From assembly GCA_963747235.1 (NCBI GenBank), contig CAVVEU010000040.1, forward strand, positions 558,454 to 622,453: DNA of 64,000 bases, in the 5' to 3' direction. This document shows positions 59,962 to 64,000 of this stretch, in pieces; the stretch's first letter is position 1, and each line of letters starts with the position of its first letter. A program made the position numbers and the translations under genes. Origin of the DNA: an uncultured Candidatus Rokubacteria bacterium. GTDB taxonomy: Bacteria > Methylomirabilota > Methylomirabilia > Rokubacteriales > CSP1-6. A model generated the notes under the pieces. That model saw only the letters and a program-made list of their open reading frames with translations. It had not been told where the DNA came from and did not search any database.

Positions 59962-61671
59962 CTACGCCGGTCCCGCGAACAGCGGCCCGCGGAGGACGCG
60001 GCCGGGATGCGCGCCGGTATGCTCCCCGTCGAGCAGCACCACCTGGCCGTTCACGATCGAGGCGTGGAAGCCGGTGGCCTTCTGACGCAGACGCCGGGCG
60101 CCCGCGGGCAGGTCGTTCACCACCTCGGGCATGTCGGGCGCCACGCGGTCGGGATCGAAGACGATCACATCGGCGGCGAGCCCCTCGCGAAGCAGCCCGC
60201 GGTCGTGGAGGCCCCAGGCCGACGCCGGCTCGAGGCTCAGCATCCGCACCCCTTCCTCGAGCGTGAGGGCCTGGCGCCGGCGCACCCAGTAGGCGAGCAC
60301 CTGCGTCTGCAGCGACGAGTCCATGATCTGGGAGACGTGCGCGCCGGAGTCGGAGAACGTCACCACCGAGCGCGGGTGCTTCATCATCTCGAGCACGTCG
60401 TCCTGGTTCTCGTTGAACAGCGGCTGGACGAAGAATGCCTTCAGATCGCGCTCCAGCGCGACCTGGATCAGGGCCTCCACCGGATCGACGCCGCGCTCGC
60501 GCGCGATCTCGGCGATCGACCGGTGCGGTCCGCACGGATCCTCCATGAGCATCGTCCAGTCGTAGTCCGGTTTCCGGGCCTCGGCGCCGACGACGCGCCC
60601 GTACTCCCCTTCGGCGGCCGCCTTCACCAGCCGCCGGCGCAGGTCGGCGTCGCGCAGGAGCGCGCGCTGCTCCTCGAGCGGGCGCCGCCGCACCTCGCGC
60701 CACTCGGGCAGCTGATCGAACGGCAGCCTGGTCTCGAACGACAGCACGAGCGCGAGCGCCCGGCTGTGCACCTGGGCGAACATGCGCCCCCCGGCGCGCG
60801 CGGTCTCGTCGAGCATGGCGAAGTAGGCGCGCCAGGCGTCCGGCCGGAAGCGGGAGCTGAACATGCCCCACGTGACCGGCACCCCGGTCTCCACCGCCAG
60901 GTCGCGCAGCCGTTCCAGGTAGTCGCGCTGGCGGTCGGGATCGCGGCCCGTGTCCTCGCCCGCGATCTCGAAGATCCCGGCGCCGAGGTCGCCCATCACC
61001 TGCACCAGCTCGCGCACCTCGCCCCACCCGGCGACGCGGCTGGCCACCGGCCGCCGGTCCGCCGTCTCGTGGTTGCGGGTCCGCGACGTCGTGAACCCCA
61101 TCGCCCCCGCGGCCAGCGCGTCCGCTAGCTCGCGCTTCATCACCGCCAGGTCCTCCGCGGTGGCGGGCTCGGAGAACGCGCGCTCGCCCATGGCGTAGGT
61201 GCGCAGCGCCGAGTGCCCGACGTAGCCCGCGTAGTTGATGCCCTTCGGCCAGCGCGCGACGGCCTCGAGGTACTCGGCGTACGTCTCCCACGTCCAGTCG
61301 ATCCCCGCCTGCATCGCCTCGGCCGGGATGTCCTCGGCGCGCTCGAGGTTGCGGACGACGAGGTGCCGCTCGTCGGGCCGGCAGGGCGCCAGGGTGAAGC
61401 CGCAGTTGCCCATGACGACGCTGGTCACTCCGTGCCAGCACGAGCACGTCCCGAGGGGATCCCACGCCACCTGCGCGTCCATGTGGGTGTGGCCGTCGAT
61501 GAAGCCGGGGGCGACGACCCGATGCCGCGCGTCGACCTCCTCGCGGCCGCGCGCGTGGATCGTGCCGATGCGCGCGATGCGGTCGCCCCGGATGCCGACG
61601 TCGGCGCGGTAGCGCGGAAGCCCGGAGCCGTCCACCACGGTGCCGCCGCGGATCACGAGGTCGTAGGTCAT
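59962..61671 (-). CDS. N-acyl-D-amino-acid deacylase family amidohydrolase
   Basis: PGFIDGHTHMD, GNCGF, SDSGAH, RG.L..G..AD. Confidence 0.9.
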   Translation of the reverse strand: MTYDLVIRGGTVVDGSGLPRYRADVGIRGDRIARIGTIHARGREEVDARHRVVAPGFIDGHTHMDAQVAWDPLGTCSCWHGVTSVVMGNCGFTLAPCRPDERHLVVRNLERAEDIPAEAMQAGIDWTWETYAEYLEAVARWPKGINYAGYVGHSALRTYAMGERAFSEPATAEDLAVMKRELADALAAGAMGFTTSRTRNHETADRRPVASRVAGWGEVRELVQVMGDLGAGIFEIAGEDTGRDPDRQRDYLERLRDLAVETGVPVTWGMFSSRFRPDAWRAYFAMLDETARAGGRMFAQVHSRALALVLSFETRLPFDQLPEWREVRRRPLEEQRALLRDADLRRRLVKAAAEGEYGRVVGAEARKPDYDWTMLMEDPCGPHRSIAEIARERGVDPVEALIQVALERDLKAFFVQPLFNENQDDVLEMMKHPRSVVTFSDSGAHVSQIMDSSLQTQVLAYWVRRRQALTLEEGVRMLSLEPASAWGLHDRGLLREGLAADVIVFDPDRVAPDMPEVVNDLPAGARRLRQKATGFHASIVNGQVVLLDGEHTGAHPGRVLRGPLFAGPA

Positions 61672-61699
61672 GTCAGCCCTCTCGGCTCTCAGGTCAGTG

Positions 61700-62842
61700 C
61701 TACGCGGGCGCGAACACGCCCGGCCCCGACGACACCTCGCCGGCGTCGACCGGGCCCTCCGCGCGCGTGAACGCCGCGTCCCGCTGCAGGACGGGCACCA
61801 CGCGATCCGCGAAGAGGCGCATGCTGAGCTCGGCCTCCTCGTGCGGCATGCCGCCGAAGCCGAACTCGGTCACGAGATGGTCGAGGCCGGTCAGCCGTCG
61901 CAGCTCGGCGACCTGCTGGATGCAGTCGTCCGGCGTGCCCGTCACCTGGATCTTCACGTAGAACTCCGTCGCCTTCTTCCGGTAGCCCTCGTCCTTCATC
62001 TTCGAGTACGTCTTCGCCATCCCGCCGTAGAACTCGTACCCCTTCACGTTCGCGAGGTGACCGTCCGAGAAATGGTAGTGCGTGTCGATCGAGTCCCACT
62101 TGCGCGCGAGGTAGCGCTCCGCGCGCTCCCGCGCCTCCGCTCGGCTCTCCGCCACCGAGACGTTGGTGAGGATGATCGGAGGGCGCGGGGCGTGGCCGAC
62201 GCTCAGCGACAGCTCCTGGTACCGCTGGATGTCCTGGGCCGCCTTCGGCCACTCGTTCTGCATGATGACCAGGACGCCGAAGCCGAGCTTGGCCATGATC
62301 TCGGCGGACTCCGGGCTCACGGACGACGCGTAGAAGCGCCGCTCGGGATGCGAGATCGGGCGCGGACGGATCGACGTGCGCGGGATCTTGAAGAACTCGC
62401 CGTCCCACTCGAACGACTCGTTGCTGAGCGCGGCGACGATGATCTTCGCCGCCTCCACGAACCGCGGCCTCGCCTCCTCCATCGGGATGCGGAAGCCGGC
62501 GTACTCGACACTCGCCGCGCCGCGCCCGAAGCCGAACAGACAGCGGCCGCCCGACATCACGTCGAGCAGCGCGATCTGCTCGGCCACGCGGATCGGATCG
62601 TGCCACGGCAGCACGATGACCGCGGTGCCGAGCGTGATGCGCTTCGTGCGTCCGGCGTAGTAGCTGAGCAGCTGCGTGGGGGACGGCGACATGGCATAGC
62701 CGGTGAAGTGGTGCTCGAGGGCGAAGAGCGAGTCGAAGCCCAGCGGCTCGACGAGGTCGCCCAGCGCCATGTGCTCGGCGAACACGGCCGCGTCGGAGAG
62801 GCCGGGCTTCTGGAGCATGTTGAGAGCGACGCCGACCTTCAC
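61700..62842 (-). CDS. LLM-class flavin-dependent oxidoreductase
   Basis: LEHHFTGY, LPWHDPIRVAEQ, GFGRG. Confidence 0.9.
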   Translation of the reverse strand: MKVGVALNMLQKPGLSDAAVFAEHMALGDLVEPLGFDSLFALEHHFTGYAMSPSPTQLLSYYAGRTKRITLGTAVIVLPWHDPIRVAEQIALLDVMSGGRCLFGFGRGAASVEYAGFRIPMEEARPRFVEAAKIIVAALSNESFEWDGEFFKIPRTSIRPRPISHPERRFYASSVSPESAEIMAKLGFGVLVIMQNEWPKAAQDIQRYQELSLSVGHAPRPPIILTNVSVAESRAEARERAERYLARKWDSIDTHYHFSDGHLANVKGYEFYGGMAKTYSKMKDEGYRKKATEFYVKIQVTGTPDDCIQQVAELRRLTGLDHLVTEFGFGGMPHEEAELSMRLFADRVVPVLQRDAAFTRAEGPVDAGEVSSGPGVFAPA

Positions 62843-63961
62843 GATGCGCCTCCGGTCGTCGGCGCGGCGTCGAGCCCGTAGAGCTCGGCCACGTTGTCGT
62901 GGAGAATGAGGTCGCGCTCCTCCTCGGTCAGGTGCGCGGCCTGCTTCGCCAGCACCGCCTGCGAATTCGGCCACGTGGAATCGCTGTGCGGGAAGTCGTT
63001 CGCCCACATCAGCCGGCGGATGTTGCAGAGGTCCTTCACCTGGAACGCCACCCAGTCGTCCTGGAACGTGGCGTAGATGTGCTCGCGGAAGTACTCGCTC
63101 GGCAGTCTGGTGAGCGGCCCGCCGGTCAGCCAGTAGCGGTGGCGCTCCCACGCGTGGTCCATGCGGTACATGAAGTGGGGCACCCAGCCCGCGTCGGCCT
63201 CGACGCACACCAGCCGAAGTCGCGGCTCGCGCTCGAACACGCCGCTGAAGATGAACATGCCGATGATGTCCTGGCAGCCGCGGATGATCGACATGAACGC
63301 GTTGATCTTCGGCCCCCGCACCCGGAACGTGTCCTGCTGGCTCGTGAGGATGTGGAAGCTCAGGGGCAGGCCGAGGTCCACCGCCGCCTCCCACAGCGGG
63401 TCGTACATGGGGTCGTCGTAGTCGGCGACGCCGGGGTTGCCGGGCATCATGACGCCCCGGAGGCCGAGGGCCTTGATCCGCTCGAGGTCGCGGATGCCGT
63501 CGGCGACCGAGCGTATCGCCGTCTGGCCCACCCCGATGAGCCGGTCGGGATGGGTGGCGCAGTACTCGGCGATCCACAGGTTGTAGGCGTCGAAGCACGC
63601 CTGCTTGAAATCGACGTCCGGGATGGTTGCAGAGCATCATGCCGACCGTCGGGTAGAGCACCTCGGCGGCGACGCCGTCGCGCTCCTGGTCCGCGAGGCG
63701 CGCCTCCGGGTCCCAGCCGCCGCGGTGCATATCCTCGAAGCGCGCGCCGAACATCGCCAGCTCCTCCGCCGGCTTGCCGGCGGCGGCGACCAGGCCCATC
63801 GGGATCGGCTTGTCGATGCCCTCGATGACGAAGAGATCCCCGCGCTTCGGATCCCGGACGACGTGCGGCGCGCGGTCCCTGAAGCGCGACTCGATCCGGG
63901 CAGTGTAGGTGTCCGGCGGCTCGGTGATGTGCGAGTCGGCGGAGATGATCGGTTTCGCCAT
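62839..63961 (-). CDS. Amidohydrolase family protein (Amidohydro_2), frameshift near 63620
   Basis: ISADSH..EP, DGV.AEVLYPT, YDPLW, LSFH, E...GW.P, MWANDFPHSDSTWP. Confidence 0.9.
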
Positions 63962-64000
63962 GGCCGGCTCCTCTGCCGCTCTGGGAACTGGTTGACCAAG

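Noticed and set aside
1-63961. Frameshifts in about 18 genes as real pseudogenes or programmed frameshifting
   Set aside because: Scattered one-base indels in otherwise complete genes, densest near the window start, with no slippery-site pattern; typical of long-read consensus error
61700-63961. Apparent amidohydrolase-LLM fusion (753 aa)
   Set aside because: Created by the frameshift near 63620; the two genes have their own stop and start at 62839-62842

Overview
High-GC (roughly 70%) bacterial chromosomal DNA. The gene content suggests a soil organism such as Ca. Rokubacteria/Methylomirabilota (inference from a stand-alone ABC substrate-binding protein, five luciferase-like monooxygenases, YciI/ECF42, amidohydrolases and small conserved hypotheticals). 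About 75 CDSs are present, mostly catabolic/redox enzymes, transporters and regulators. Many otherwise complete genes carry single-base frameshifts, most likely long-read indel errors. No rRNA, tRNA, CRISPR array, integrase or transposase was recognised. Most notable observations: (1) a sigma54-type promoter with an upstream inverted repeat precedes an intact two-gene operon in which both the histidine kinase and the REC-GAF-HD-GYP regulator have lost their catalytic motifs (34132-37340); (2) a palindromic motif TAGTGGACC-AA-GGTCCACTA precedes a four-gene operon of unknown proteins and recurs in the ppk1/receiver intergenic region; (3) an exactly symmetric 147-bp fold-back junction joins the 3' ends of two different acyl-CoA dehydrogenase paralogs (31749-31895); (4) an operon encodes a His-motif helical protein, a Cys-nucleophile alpha/beta hydrolase and a Cys-less cupredoxin-like protein (54803-57411); (5) several short gene remnants look like deletion scars.
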